Origin: Pasteurella multocida
GTDB taxonomy: Bacteria; Pseudomonadota; Gammaproteobacteria; Enterobacterales; Pasteurellaceae
Assembly (NCBI RefSeq): GCF_900187275.1
Contig: NZ_LT906458.1
Location: 1,200,001-1,232,000, forward strand
Reading direction: 5' to 3'
DNA length: 32,000 nt
The position numbers were made by a program, and so were the translations under genes. Positions 12,753 to 22,538 of the stretch are shown piece after piece. The notes beneath the pieces were generated by a model. That model was not told the origin of the DNA, ran no database searches, and worked only from the letters and a program-made list of their open reading frames with translations. The number at the start of each line of letters is the position of its first letter. Position 1 is the first letter of the stretch.

Positions 12753-14558
12753 TTAGTTTGTCGTTGTTCCATTATCACTATTCAAACGCACAACGCGTCT
12801 TGCCATTTTATCTTGTGGCATCGCATCTGGTGGAATATTATTCACACGTAACGCATAGCCCATAATACTGGAGAACACCGGTGCTGAAATAGCGCCCCCA
12901 TAATATTGTCCCGCTTTTGGATCATTAATTAAGACAATTAACGCATAACGTGGATCAGAAATAGGTGCGACGCCGGCAGTATAAGCGATATATTTATCCA
13001 CATAACGCCCATTTTCTAATTTTTTCGCCGTCCCCGTTTTAATGCCGACACGGTAACCTTCCACCATGGCTTTCTTATTTTTAATCGCCACTTTTTCCAT
13101 CATATTGACCACTTCACGGGTAATCTTTTCTGGATACACGCGTTGACCAATTACGGGAGGATCCACTTTGGTAATCGAAAGTGGACGATAAATACCAAAA
13201 CTACCAAGTGTCACATAAGCTCGTGCAATTTGTAATGGTGTCGCATTAATCCCGTAACCATAAGCCACGTTAGCACGTTCAATATCAGACCAACGTTTAC
13301 GGTTCGCATTAAGTAAGCCAGATTGTTCACCAATTAACCCAAGATCCGTTGGTTTACCAAGTCCCGCATGCATGTAAGTTTCCATTAACGCGCTGGGTGG
13401 CATACGTAATGCTAAACGGCTCACCCCTCGGTTACTGGAATGCTCTAAAATACCATCTAATGTTAATTGATCACGAGGTGCCACATCGCGAATTTCATGT
13501 CCATTCAACACTAAAGGTCCAGTATTAATCACTTCATTACGTTTGGCTGCACCACGTTGAAGGGCGGCAAGCACCACAAACGGTTTGACAGTAGATCCTG
13601 GTTCAAAAGTATCTGTAATCGCTCGGTTACGCATGAAATCAGCTTTGACTCCGACACGATTATTTGGGTTATAAGACGGGGCATTCGCCATCGCTAATAC
13701 CTCACCTGTTCTTACATCTACTAATACTGCCGTACCTGATTCGGCTTTATTTTCCGCCACTGCTTTTTTAATTTCGCGATAAACCATGGATTGTAATTTT
13801 TCATCAATACTTAACGTCACATCCTGTGCATCGTATTTTTTCACATCCGCGATATTTTCAACGATATTACCAAATTTATCTTTACGATACGTACGCGAAC
13901 CCGATTTACCGATCAACATTGAATTAAAGCTTTTTTCAATGCCTTCAATCCCATCCCCATCAATATTGGTATACCCAATTAAATGTGCGACTTCTTCGAC
14001 ACGAGGATAAAAACGGCGTGCTTCATTTTTAAGCACCACACCTTTTAATTTTAACTCTCTGACATAATCAGCCACAGTTGGAGAAACTTGACGTGATAAA
14101 TAAACGAAACGTGATTTCGGATTTTTTTCAATCCGTTTAATCATGTCATGATATGAAATGCCGAGCACCTCAGCCAAGGCTTTCCAACGCTCTTTATCAA
14201 GGAAAGAATTTTTGTCAAAAATATCTTTAGGATCCGCAACGATGGAATACATTGGTACACTCACAGAGAGTAATTGACCATGCCGATCGAGAATCGAACC
14301 ACGAACTGATTGAATTTCTTGAATACGTAAGGAACGCTTATCCGCCTCATCAGTTAAAGTATCTGAATTGATGATTTGCACGCTGGCAGCCTTTCCAATT
14401 AATACCACCAAGCAACCAATAATGATGAGCAATGACGAAAAATAACGCCATTTTAAAAAGCTATTTTCATAAACCATTTTGGGTTTATTGAGCTTAATTG
14501 CGTCATTTTTAGCGAATCTGACTTTTTTGATTTTCTTCGTCGTATTAAATTTAACCAT
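12753..14558 (-). CDS. ftsI: Peptidoglycan transpeptidase FtsI (PBP3)
   Basis: Class B PBP: single N-terminal [14 protein letters not shown], catalytic motifs STVK, SSN and KTGT. Confidence 0.96.
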   Translation of the reverse strand: MVKFNTTKKIKKVRFAKNDAIKLNKPKMVYENSFLKWRYFSSLLIIIGCLVVLIGKAASVQIINSDTLTDEADKRSLRIQEIQSVRGSILDRHGQLLSVSVPMYSIVADPKDIFDKNSFLDKERWKALAEVLGISYHDMIKRIEKNPKSRFVYLSRQVSPTVADYVRELKLKGVVLKNEARRFYPRVEEVAHLIGYTNIDGDGIEGIEKSFNSMLIGKSGSRTYRKDKFGNIVENIADVKKYDAQDVTLSIDEKLQSMVYREIKKAVAENKAESGTAVLVDVRTGEVLAMANAPSYNPNNRVGVKADFMRNRAITDTFEPGSTVKPFVVLAALQRGAAKRNEVINTGPLVLNGHEIRDVAPRDQLTLDGILEHSSNRGVSRLALRMPPSALMETYMHAGLGKPTDLGLIGEQSGLLNANRKRWSDIERANVAYGYGINATPLQIARAYVTLGSFGIYRPLSITKVDPPVIGQRVYPEKITREVVNMMEKVAIKNKKAMVEGYRVGIKTGTAKKLENGRYVDKYIAYTAGVAPISDPRYALIVLINDPKAGQYYGGAISAPVFSSIMGYALRVNNIPPDAMPQDKMARRVVRLNSDNGTTTN

Positions 14559-14575
14559 CTTGTTATCCCCAAATG

Positions 14576-14896
14576 CTACTCTAGGATCAACACTTCTTGT
14601 TCTGGCTCAACGCGCTTCATCCCTAATTGGCGCGCAATGGCTTCAATGCGGGTATTATCACTTTGCGTGGCTTCTTCTAATTTCAAATTTAAATATTCAT
14701 TCTCAAGCGCTTGATGCTCAAGCACGAGCTGACCATTTTCTGCCACTAAAATTCGGGTCTGATGCGTAATCCAAATAGTGCCCAATGCAGTCATAACAAT
14801 CAAAAACAATAAAGCAATGAGGGTTTTATTAGCACTAAACAAATCATCTAAAATAATATTTTGTAATGGATAACGATCTTGACTCTCTAACATCAC
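14576..14896 (-). CDS. ftsL: Cell division protein FtsL
   Basis: 106 aa bitopic protein with one TM followed by coiled coil; located between rsmH and ftsI; 4-nt overlap with rsmH stop. Confidence 0.9.
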   Translation of the reverse strand: MMLESQDRYPLQNIILDDLFSANKTLIALLFLIVMTALGTIWITHQTRILVAENGQLVLEHQALENEYLNLKLEEATQSDNTRIEAIARQLGMKRVEPEQEVLILE

Positions 14897-15858
14897 AACT
14901 TCTCCGCTACACGTAATACTGCACTTCTAGAACGCGGATTTTGTTGTTGTTCTTGCTCTGTTGGCATAATCGCTTTACCAATCACTTTTAAAGTTTGTGT
15001 CCGCTGAATCTGATCGTCACGTAAAGGCAAACCTTTAGGAATATCTTCTCCCTTACTTTGCTTACGCATAAAGTGTTTCACCATGCGATCTTCTAACGAA
15101 TGAAAGCTGATAATTGCTAATCGCCCTTGTGGCGCGAGCACTTGTACAGCTGATTTCAACACGCTCTCGAGTTCATCTAATTCTGCATTAATAAAAATCC
15201 GAATCGCCTGAAAACTTCGTGTCGCAGGATGCTTATGTTTATCTTTAAAAGGCACCGCATTGGCAATCAGCTCTGCTAATTGCAAGGTTCTACTCAATGG
15301 TTCCGTGCCATGTTGTAACGCCTGTTTGTTATAATTCACAATCGCTTGTGCAATGCGTTTGGCAAACCGTTCTTCCCCAAAGGTTTTTAACACCCAAGCT
15401 AAATCTTGTTCTGATACCTGTTGCAGCCACTCACTTGCCGATAAACCTTGTGTGGTATCCATACGCATATCAAGCGGACCATCTTTCATAAAGCTAAAGC
15501 CGCGTTCTGCTTCATCTAACTGGGGAGAAGAAACACCTAAATCCAATAAAATCCCGTCGACTTTACCGACAAGATTTAATCGTTCACAAATGCGAGGAAT
15601 GTCAGAAAAACTGCGATGTTCAATATGAAAACGGGGATCTTGAATCGTCTTGGCTTCAGCAATAGCACGTGGATCGCGATCAATCGCAATCAAACGCCCA
15701 TTATCGGCTAAACGGGAAAGGATTAAACGAGAATGTCCACCTCGTCCAAATGTACCATCGATATAGATACCTTTTTCTTTCAAGGCTAAACCCGCTACTG
15801 CCTCATTGAGTAAGACAGTAATATGCGCAGGTGATGAAAAATGATCTTTATCGTTCAT
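14893..15858 (-). CDS. rsmH: 16S rRNA (cytosine(1402)-N(4))-methyltransferase RsmH (MraW)
   Basis: [80 protein letters not shown]. Confidence 0.97.
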   Translation of the reverse strand: MNDKDHFSSPAHITVLLNEAVAGLALKEKGIYIDGTFGRGGHSRLILSRLADNGRLIAIDRDPRAIAEAKTIQDPRFHIEHRSFSDIPRICERLNLVGKVDGILLDLGVSSPQLDEAERGFSFMKDGPLDMRMDTTQGLSASEWLQQVSEQDLAWVLKTFGEERFAKRIAQAIVNYNKQALQHGTEPLSRTLQLAELIANAVPFKDKHKHPATRSFQAIRIFINAELDELESVLKSAVQVLAPQGRLAIISFHSLEDRMVKHFMRKQSKGEDIPKGLPLRDDQIQRTQTLKVIGKAIMPTEQEQQQNPRSRSAVLRVAEKL

Positions 15859-15914
15859 AACTATTTACCAACGGTACAAATAAAAGGAAATTAAAATAAT
15901 TAAGAGAAGATAAG

Positions 15915-15931
15915 GCGGTGCCTAGCACCGC
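15915..15931 (-). other. GC-rich hairpin between mraZ and rsmH, no T-run
   Basis: GCGGTGC-3nt-GCACCGC perfect 7-bp inverted repeat; not followed by a T-tract on the coding strand. Confidence 0.6.
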
Positions 15932-15979
15932 TTACCTTTTGCTAGTGCTGCTGTTCTATTGTGTGAAAGTTGACTTTCT

Positions 15980-16438
15980 TTATAATGACAGCATTTTTAA
16001 TTCTTCAGATAGTGCAAACTGACCACTTGCACCCAACGCCATATCTTGTTCAATTTGAGCATGCCATTCCGCATCGCTCCAAATTTCAAATTTATTGAGT
16101 TGCCCAACAAGCATCAGGCTTTTTTCTAATTTAGCGTGAAGGCGTAAAGGTCCGCTAATTAATATCCGTCCGGCACTATCCAGTTCACATTCAGTGGCAT
16201 ACCCAAGCATAACGCGCTGAAGGCTACGGTGTGTGAGATCAAAATTTGCTAGTGCTGAAAGTTTTTGTTCAACCAATTCCCATTCTTTTAACGGATAAAG
16301 TAGCAAACAAGGTTGGCGAATATCGACTGTGCAGACCATTTGCCCTGCATTTTGTTCAATAATTTCAGCACGATAACGAGTCGGGATCGCAATACGTCCC
16401 TTTGAATCCAAGTTAATTGCTGATGCGCCACGAAACAT
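15980..16438 (-). CDS. mraZ: Transcriptional regulator MraZ
   Basis: 152 aa with duplicated SpoVT/AbrB-like motifs ([30 protein letters not shown]); first gene of the dcw cluster. Confidence 0.96.
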   Translation of the reverse strand: MFRGASAINLDSKGRIAIPTRYRAEIIEQNAGQMVCTVDIRQPCLLLYPLKEWELVEQKLSALANFDLTHRSLQRVMLGYATECELDSAGRILISGPLRLHAKLEKSLMLVGQLNKFEIWSDAEWHAQIEQDMALGASGQFALSEELKMLSL

Positions 16439-16498
16439 AAGTTGTTTCCCTTTTTATGATTGCGACAAATGAATTTTGGGAATTTTTCCAACTTTTTT

Positions 16499-16523
16499 AC
16501 CACAAAACTCCACTTATTACCAC
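16499..16523 (-). promoter_or_regulatory. Candidate MraZ operator: three GTGGN direct repeats
   Basis: Minus strand GTGGT AATAA GTGGA GTTTT GTGGT; GTGG at 16523, 16513 and 16503, exact 10-bp period, 61-85 bp upstream of the mraZ ATG. Confidence 0.65.
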
Positions 16524-16665
16524 TTTTATTCAAGTTTATTATTAGTTCGCTTAACTTGCAAGCAATTTAACGCGTTCTAATGCAAAGTTTTGTCTATTTT
16601 TTTATAGCATTAAAAAGAAAAACTGAGTTTCATCATAAAAAACGAAAAGACTAAACAGCAGAAAC

Positions 16666-16700
16666 AAAAATGCCCTATCAATCAACGATCAACAGGGCAT
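16666..16700 (-). terminator. Probable terminator downstream of cstA
   Basis: Minus strand ATGCCCT-(17 nt)-AGGGCAT followed by TTTT; 7-bp stem with a long loop. Confidence 0.5.
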
Positions 16701-16721
16701 CGGATGAGATAAAAAACGAGA

Positions 16722-18266
16722 TTATTGTTTGACTAAATCGTCAACCAAGGCATCAGGATCACCTTTAGCAATTGGTTTTAATAACGTAAAGAACAAGACA
16801 GTACAGAACACGGTTAAACCAATACCAATATAAACAGAAAGTTGATAGTCTAAATTGAAACCGATCTTGTTATACGCTAAGTAAGTGAAACAAACGGTAC
16901 TGATGAACATTGCTGGAAGCGTACAAACCCAGTGGAATTTACCGTAACGGAATAAATACGCTGCGGCAGTCCATAACATCACCATTGCTGTCGTTTGGTT
17001 TGCCCAGCTGAAATAACGCCACAATACGCTGAAGTCAATTTTCGATACAATGAACCCTAACACAAACAATGGAACAGCAATCACTAAACGTTTCACCAAT
17101 GTTTTTTGCTCAAATTTAAAGAACTCAGCAATGATTAAACGTGCTGCACGGAATGCGGTATCGCCAGAGGTAATTGGTAATACCACCACACCAAGAATTG
17201 CAAATACACCACCCACAGCACCGAGGAAGTAGATTGAAGAATCATATACAACTTTTGACGGTGAACCGGCTGCAATCGCAGCTTGTAATTCTGTTGGGTC
17301 TTGATAGAAACTTAATCCTACTGCACACCAAACTAAGGCAATCACCCCTTCAGCAATCATCGCACCATAGAAAATGAAACGACCTTCTTTTTCATTTTGT
17401 GCACAACGTGCCATTAATGGCGATTGCGTCGCATGGAAACCAGATAATGCACCACAAGAGATAGTTAAGAATAATAATGGCCAAATTGGTAAATCACCTT
17501 TTGGTTGTAAATTCTCAAAGAATTTCCCCACTTCTAATCCACCTACTGTACGGAAAAACTCGATTGGCTCATTACTATTTAAATGACTGCTGACTAAGCC
17601 AAACATCATACCGAATGTCATGAACAGTAATAAAGCACCGAATAGCGGATAGATACGACCGATAATTTTATCAATCGGTAATAAAGTTGCGATGATGTAG
17701 TAAACAAAAATAATGGTTGTCCAAATCACTAAGACGGTAGCAGCATCATAACCAAATACGGTTGCAGCCGCCCCTGCGCTCTCTACGACACCCAAATTAT
17801 CCATAGTAATAGTGCTTAATAATTTTGCTGGACTAGCAACGAAAACCACACCAACGAGAAGTAATAACACTACCGCAAGCATATTAATAAAGGCTTTCAC
17901 TGGTGCGCCTAAATAACGACCTGCTAATGTTGGCATTGACGCGCCCCCATTACGCACACTTAACATACCACAGAAGTAATCATGCACTGCACCGGCAAAA
18001 ATACAACCGATCACAATCCATAACATTGCGACTGGTCCATATAAAGCACCGAGAATTGGTCCAAAGATTGGTCCTGTTCCTGCAATGTTTAATAATTGAA
18101 TCAACCAAATCTTTTTAGTTGACATTGGCATGTAGTCAACACCATCGTTCATTGTATAAGCGGGTGTTGCTTTTTTGGGGTTGATCACAAAGATCTTTTC
18201 AATAAATTTGCCGTATACAAAATAGCCCAAAACTAATATTGCAACGCAAAAGAAGAACCATAACAT
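16722..18266 (-). CDS. cstA: CstA-family carbon starvation protein (peptide/pyruvate-type transporter), short form
   Basis: Polytopic ORF, NPKKATPAYTMNDGVDYMPMSTKKIWLIQLLNIAGTGPIFGPILGALYGP and GAVHDYFCGMLSVRNGG are CstA hallmarks; 514 aa. Confidence 0.85.
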   Translation of the reverse strand: MLWFFFCVAILVLGYFVYGKFIEKIFVINPKKATPAYTMNDGVDYMPMSTKKIWLIQLLNIAGTGPIFGPILGALYGPVAMLWIVIGCIFAGAVHDYFCGMLSVRNGGASMPTLAGRYLGAPVKAFINMLAVVLLLLVGVVFVASPAKLLSTITMDNLGVVESAGAAATVFGYDAATVLVIWTTIIFVYYIIATLLPIDKIIGRIYPLFGALLLFMTFGMMFGLVSSHLNSNEPIEFFRTVGGLEVGKFFENLQPKGDLPIWPLLFLTISCGALSGFHATQSPLMARCAQNEKEGRFIFYGAMIAEGVIALVWCAVGLSFYQDPTELQAAIAAGSPSKVVYDSSIYFLGAVGGVFAILGVVVLPITSGDTAFRAARLIIAEFFKFEQKTLVKRLVIAVPLFVLGFIVSKIDFSVLWRYFSWANQTTAMVMLWTAAAYLFRYGKFHWVCTLPAMFISTVCFTYLAYNKIGFNLDYQLSVYIGIGLTVFCTVLFFTLLKPIAKGDPDALVDDLVKQ

Positions 18267-18397
18267 AATAGAGTACCTATCTTAGTAGATTAAATATTTA
18301 GACAACTTTTTCATGCAAAAGCCGTGCGTATTTTATTGCAGTTGTAATTATTAAGTAAACAAGCAAGCCTGCTCGCATTGCAAAATAGTTACAACTT

Positions 18398-18413
18398 TGT
18401 GATAAATATCACG
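18398..18413. promoter_or_regulatory. Putative CRP binding site
   Basis: TGTGA-TAAATA-TCACG versus consensus TGTGA-N6-TCACA; in the divergent cstA/fecB intergenic region. Confidence 0.65.
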
Positions 18414-18484
18414 CTTTCACGCGACTTTCCTCACACTCAGTGTGGTATATCCTCCTTTTCTCCGCACTTGTCATACCAGATATA

Positions 18485-18503
18485 ACTAAAAATAATAATT
18501 ACT
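18485..18503 (+). promoter_or_regulatory. Putative Fur box upstream of fecBCDE
   Basis: ACTAAAAATAATAATTACT: 12/19 match to Fur consensus; shares ATAATAATTACT with the site at 26967-26985. Confidence 0.45.
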
Positions 18504-18527
18504 TTCATTTGCGCATAATGGTATAAT
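18499..18527 (+). promoter_or_regulatory. Putative fecB promoter
   Basis: TTACTT (18499-18504) - 17 nt - TATAAT (18522-18527), about 40 bp upstream of the fecB ATG. Confidence 0.45.
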
Positions 18528-18568
18528 TAGCCAAATTTTTATTTTTCACTCCAACAAGGAAAGCCAAC

Positions 18569-19465
18569 ATGAAAACTGTCTTAACCTCCACTCTTGCCGT
18601 GACTTTATTGATGGCAAGCCAATTCGTTTCTGCTGTTACCGTCAAAGATCAAAAAGGGGAATTTACCTTAGATAGCGTACCTAAACGTGTTGTTGCCTTA
18701 GAATATTCTTATGTGGATGCACTTGCACAAATTGGTGTCAGCCCTGTTGGTGTCGCAGATGACAATGATAAAACCCGTATTCTGCAAAAAGTACGCGATA
18801 AAGTGCAGCCATGGGAATCAGTGGGGACGCGTTCTCAACCGAGTTTAGAAGCGATCTCTGCACTTAAACCAGATTTGATCATTGCCGATGATAATCGCCA
18901 TTCTGCCGTCTATGAAGAACTCAAAAAAATCGCGCCGACAGTCGTCTTTAATTCTCGCCATGAGAACTATCAAGAAAACCTTGAAACCGCACAAAAAATC
19001 GGTGATTTATTAGGTAAATCAAAAGAAATGCAAGCGCGTATTGCAAAACATAAGCAGGATATTGCGGACATCGCCAAAACGTTACCAAAAGGGAAAAAAG
19101 CGATTATCGGTGTTTCACGTGAAACCCAATTTAATTTATATAATAGCGAATCCTATGCCGGTGGCTTAGTGGAAGTGCTAGGTTATCAAATGCCAAAAGC
19201 CCGTGCCGATAACCAACCTAATGCTTCGGTTGGCTTAGAACAAGTGGCGGCAGAAAAGCCTGATCTGATGATCTTAATCCATTATCGTGATGAGAGTATT
19301 GCAAGAAAATGGGAAAATGAAGCCTTATGGAAAATTATCCCTGCGGTGAAAAATGGTCAAGTCATCTTAGCTAATGATAATTTATGGGCAAGAGCACGTG
19401 GTATTGATGCCGCTGAAGTAATGGCTAAAGAAGTCCAAGACTTTGTAACGAAATCCGCCAAATAA
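18569..19465 (+). CDS. fecB: Fe(3+)-chelate (dicitrate-type) ABC transporter periplasmic binding protein
   Basis: Signal peptide; VPKRVVALEYSYVDALAQIGVSPVGVADDND...PWESVGTRSQPSLEAISALKPDLIIADDNRHSAVY strongly resembles FecB. Confidence 0.85.
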   Translation: MKTVLTSTLAVTLLMASQFVSAVTVKDQKGEFTLDSVPKRVVALEYSYVDALAQIGVSPVGVADDNDKTRILQKVRDKVQPWESVGTRSQPSLEAISALKPDLIIADDNRHSAVYEELKKIAPTVVFNSRHENYQENLETAQKIGDLLGKSKEMQARIAKHKQDIADIAKTLPKGKKAIIGVSRETQFNLYNSESYAGGLVEVLGYQMPKARADNQPNASVGLEQVAAEKPDLMILIHYRDESIARKWENEALWKIIPAVKNGQVILANDNLWARARGIDAAEVMAKEVQDFVTKSAK

Positions 19466-20448
19466 TGAAAACCTTTCTACGTTGGAGCTTCCCCACCGGC
19501 ATCTTATTTGGGCTTTTGTGGGGAAGCTTATTTTTATACTACCCAACCCCGATTTCAGCGTGGGAAACCCTTCAGGCATTCATCGGACACGACGATGAAT
19601 TAGTCCAAATCACTATCCTCGATTTACGCTTACCTCGTTCTTTAGTTGCCATAGCGATGGGCGCTAATTTGGCCGTCGCAGGCGCATTGTTACAAACTAT
19701 CACGCGTAATCCTTTAGCCTCGCCTTCGTTATTAAGTGTCAATGCAGGTGCAAGCTTAGCGATGGTAACAGCAACAGCGGTCATGCCTAGTTTTTTCTCA
19801 GGTTATAGCATTGCTTTCATTTCCAGTATTGGTGGAGGATTAAGCTGGTTATTAGTGATGCTGATTAGTGGCGGATGGCATGCACGTGCAGAACGCAACC
19901 GCGTAATTCTGGCAGGGATTGCCGTGTCTTTATTTTGTGCTGCATTAACAAAATTAGTGATTATTATTGCCGAAGATCATGCTGCGAATATCATGAATTG
20001 GCTTGCTGGTGGAATTGCCCATGCGCGTTGGGGAGAATGGTGGATCATTTTACCGTTTTTCGTGTTAAGCCTACTTTTTTGTACTTTCTTTGCTAGCCAA
20101 CTGAATTTACTCAATCTGAGTGATGAATCTGCACAATCACTTGGGGTTAATCTGTTTAAGCTACGTTGGATGACAAATATTGTGGCACTCCTGATCATTG
20201 GCTCTAGTGTCAGTGTCGCCGGTCCGGTGGCCTTTATTGGTCTATTAATTCCTCATTTAGCGCGTTATTGGATCAGTTACGATTTACGCAAAATGCTCCC
20301 AATGTCAATGTTATTGGGTGGTTGTCTGATGCTTATCGCAGACATGTTAGCCCGAGCAGTCACGTTTCCAAATGAAATCCCTGCGGGCGCGATCCTCGCT
20401 TTAGTCGGCGCACCTGTTTTTGTCTTATTTGCGCGAGGAAAACGATAA
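19465..20448 (+). CDS. fecC: FecCD-family iron-chelate ABC permease (first permease)
   Basis: LRLPRSLVAIAMGANLAVAGALLQTITRNPLASPSLLSVNAGASL, GPVAFIGLLIPHLARYW; TAATG overlap with fecB. Confidence 0.85.
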   Translation: MKTFLRWSFPTGILFGLLWGSLFLYYPTPISAWETLQAFIGHDDELVQITILDLRLPRSLVAIAMGANLAVAGALLQTITRNPLASPSLLSVNAGASLAMVTATAVMPSFFSGYSIAFISSIGGGLSWLLVMLISGGWHARAERNRVILAGIAVSLFCAALTKLVIIIAEDHAANIMNWLAGGIAHARWGEWWIILPFFVLSLLFCTFFASQLNLLNLSDESAQSLGVNLFKLRWMTNIVALLIIGSSVSVAGPVAFIGLLIPHLARYWISYDLRKMLPMSMLLGGCLMLIADMLARAVTFPNEIPAGAILALVGAPVFVLFARGKR

Positions 20449-21440
20449 TGGCAGCCAATAGCAAACTACTTACACGCTTTAAAATACCTTTTTATCCAAC
20501 CGCACTTTTGCTGTTGTTGATACTCTTTTGTTTAAGTTTACAGCTAGGCACCTATCATCTCTCTATCAGTGAAATTTGGCAGATTTTACATCACCCTGAA
20601 GACGCAAATCACTTTACGTTAATGGAATATCGTTTGCCACGTGCCTTGCTCGCGATCTTAATGGGCAGTGCCTTAGCAGTTTCTGGCGTGTTAGTGCAAA
20701 GTGTGGTGAGAAATCCCCTCGCCTCGCCAGATATTCTCGGTATCAACAACGCGGCAGGGCTAGTCGCAGTGATTAGCTTGATTTATTTCCCGGGACTTGC
20801 TTTTTACTGGTTACCTATTTTTGCCTTTATTGGTGGCATTTTGTCTTTTCTGTTACTTTGGCTTATTTGTGGTTTACATTTTCGTCCCCTGAAAATGGCG
20901 ATTATTGGGGTCGCGCTGTCTGCCTTATGGGCTGCAGCAAGCCACTATCTAATGCTATCCAATCCAGTTGATATTAACTCCGCGATGTTATGGTTAACCG
21001 GCAGCCTATGGGGACGGAGTTGGTCTTACTTATTGGTGGTGTTACCTTGGTTGCTTGTGCTACTGCCTTTGGCTTTTCTGTTCTGTCGTGATCTGGATAC
21101 CTTAGCATTAGGCGAAAACAAAGCCGCCACTTTAGGGGTATCCCTTCACAAAATGCAGATCATCGTGTTGCTACTTTCTGTAGCGCTTGCCACCACCGCG
21201 GTTGCGATTTGTGGTCCAATCGCATTTCTCGGCTTAGTCGCACCGCACTTTGCTCGCCATTTAGTCGGCGGTCGTCATCGAACCTTATTGCCAGCGGCAT
21301 TACTGTTAGGAGCAATTTTACTGCTGATTTCAGATATTTTAGCCCGTATTATTGCCCCCCCAGTGGAGATTCCCGCAGGGGTTCTCACCGCAATTTTAGG
21401 GGCACCGTATTTTTTCTATTTATTAATGAGAACGAAATAA
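20448..21440 (+). CDS. fecD: FecCD-family iron-chelate ABC permease (second permease)
   Basis: EYRLPRALLAILMGSALAVSGVLVQSVVRNPLASPDILGINNAAGL, GPIAFLGLVAPHFARHLVG; overlapping start/stop with neighbours. Confidence 0.85.
   Translation: MAANSKLLTRFKIPFYPTALLLLLILFCLSLQLGTYHLSISEIWQILHHPEDANHFTLMEYRLPRALLAILMGSALAVSGVLVQSVVRNPLASPDILGINNAAGLVAVISLIYFPGLAFYWLPIFAFIGGILSFLLLWLICGLHFRPLKMAIIGVALSALWAAASHYLMLSNPVDINSAMLWLTGSLWGRSWSYLLVVLPWLLVLLPLAFLFCRDLDTLALGENKAATLGVSLHKMQIIVLLLSVALATTAVAICGPIAFLGLVAPHFARHLVGGRHRTLLPAALLLGAILLLISDILARIIAPPVEIPAGVLTAILGAPYFFYLLMRTK
20499..20507 (-). repeat. DNA uptake signal sequence core
   Basis: ACCGCACTT, in fecD. Confidence 0.85.
21302..21310 (-). repeat. 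DNA uptake signal sequence core
   Basis: ACCGCACTT, in fecD. Confidence 0.85.
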
Positions 21441-22213
21441 TGAGCTTAACCGTAGAACATTTACAACTGGCGTATCAAGATAAAACCATTGTCTCTAATC
21501 TCAATTTGCGCTTGCCGAGTAACAAAGTCATTGCGTTAATTGGACCGAATGGCTGCGGAAAATCCACGTTATTAAAAGCGCTTGCGCGTTTGCTGAACCC
21601 CAAGTCAGGTCAAGTGAAACATCAAGAGCAAGATATTTGGCAGATCACGGCCAAGTCTTACGCTAAAACCTTGGCGTTTCTACCACAACAACACCTGGTA
21701 CCAGAAGGTATTAAAGTGCGTGAGTTAGTAGCTTATGGGCGTTCACCGTATTTAAATCTTTGGGGAAAACTCAGTGAAAAAGATGAGAAGATAGTAACAC
21801 AAGCAATGCAGATAACCCAGACAGACGCATTCGCAGAACGACTCGCTACTGATTTATCCGGAGGACAACAGCAACGCGTTTTTTTAGCGATGACATTAGC
21901 ACAAGATGCCAATATTGTCTTATTAGATGAACCTACAACTTATCTCGATCTCAACCATCAAGCTGAACTGATGTCAATGATGCGACGCCTACAGCAACAA
22001 GGTAAAACGGTCATTACGGTCTTGCATGATCTGAACCAAGCTTGTCGCTATTGTGATTATTTAGTTGTACTTAAACAAGGGGAATTAATTGCCCAAGGCA
22101 CGCCACACGAGGTGATGACCGAACACTTATTAAAACAGGTGTTTGATCTCAATGTAGAGATTCATCAAGATCCGATCAGTTTCACCCCAATGTTTATTTT
22201 GAAAGCGCATTAA
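21440..22213 (+). CDS. fecE: Iron-chelate ABC transporter ATP-binding protein
   Basis: Walker A GPNGCGKST, signature LSGGQQQR, Walker B NIVLLDEPTT. Start at 21440 (MSLTVEHLQLAYQDK) overlapping the fecD stop, not the track's 21209. Confidence 0.87.
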   Translation: MSLTVEHLQLAYQDKTIVSNLNLRLPSNKVIALIGPNGCGKSTLLKALARLLNPKSGQVKHQEQDIWQITAKSYAKTLAFLPQQHLVPEGIKVRELVAYGRSPYLNLWGKLSEKDEKIVTQAMQITQTDAFAERLATDLSGGQQQRVFLAMTLAQDANIVLLDEPTTYLDLNHQAELMSMMRRLQQQGKTVITVLHDLNQACRYCDYLVVLKQGELIAQGTPHEVMTEHLLKQVFDLNVEIHQDPISFTPMFILKAH

Positions 22214-22241
22214 AATAAAACAAAAAATGCTTAAAAAACTG

Positions 22242-22250
22242 ACCGCACTT
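22242..22250 (-). repeat. DNA uptake signal sequence core
   Basis: ACCGCACTT, fecE/zinc-ribbon intergenic region. Confidence 0.9.
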
Positions 22251-22303
22251 TTACGTTTATGTTAATATCGCGTCGTCATAATAACGAAACTGATGAGGAG
22301 AAC

Positions 22304-22534
22304 ATGGCATTACACCGTTGCCCTGAATGTCGGCATAAAGTCAGCGAAAGCGCACTCAGTTGCCCAAATTGTGGCTTTTCATTTAAAGAGGAAGATTTGG
22401 CCGTTTACCGTCAAAAATTAGAAGAACGACGGTTACATAACCAAGAAATTAATAAACAAAGTGCGAAATTGCATCTTGTTTGGTTTCTGATCTTTGCACT
22501 GGTTATTGGGATTGCAAGTTGGATCGTCAATTAA
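22304..22534 (+). CDS. Small zinc-ribbon, single-TM protein of unknown function
   Basis: MALHRCPECRHKVSESALSCPNCGFSF (CxxC...CxxC zinc ribbon) plus C-terminal hydrophobic helix LHLVWFLIFALVIGIASWIV; GAGGAG RBS upstream of ATG at 22304; terminator immediately downstream. Confidence 0.8.
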   Translation: MALHRCPECRHKVSESALSCPNCGFSFKEEDLAVYRQKLEERRLHNQEINKQSAKLHLVWFLIFALVIGIASWIVN

Positions 22535-22538
22535 AAAG

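Noticed and set aside
16288-16533. Minus-strand 81-aa ORF starting in the mraZ leader
   Set aside because: Overlaps mraZ out of frame; its upstream part covers the GTGG repeats and mraZ RBS region; no recognisable protein features.
18432-18444. CACACT-C-AGTGTG palindrome in the cstA/fecB intergenic region
   Set aside because: Short, no T-tract, no matching known operator; possible chance or minor operator.
21209-21439. N-terminal extension of the FecE-like ORF
   Set aside because: It overlaps the fecD 3' end out of frame; the ATG at 21440 starts directly at the conserved ABC fold and gives the usual TAATG coupling.
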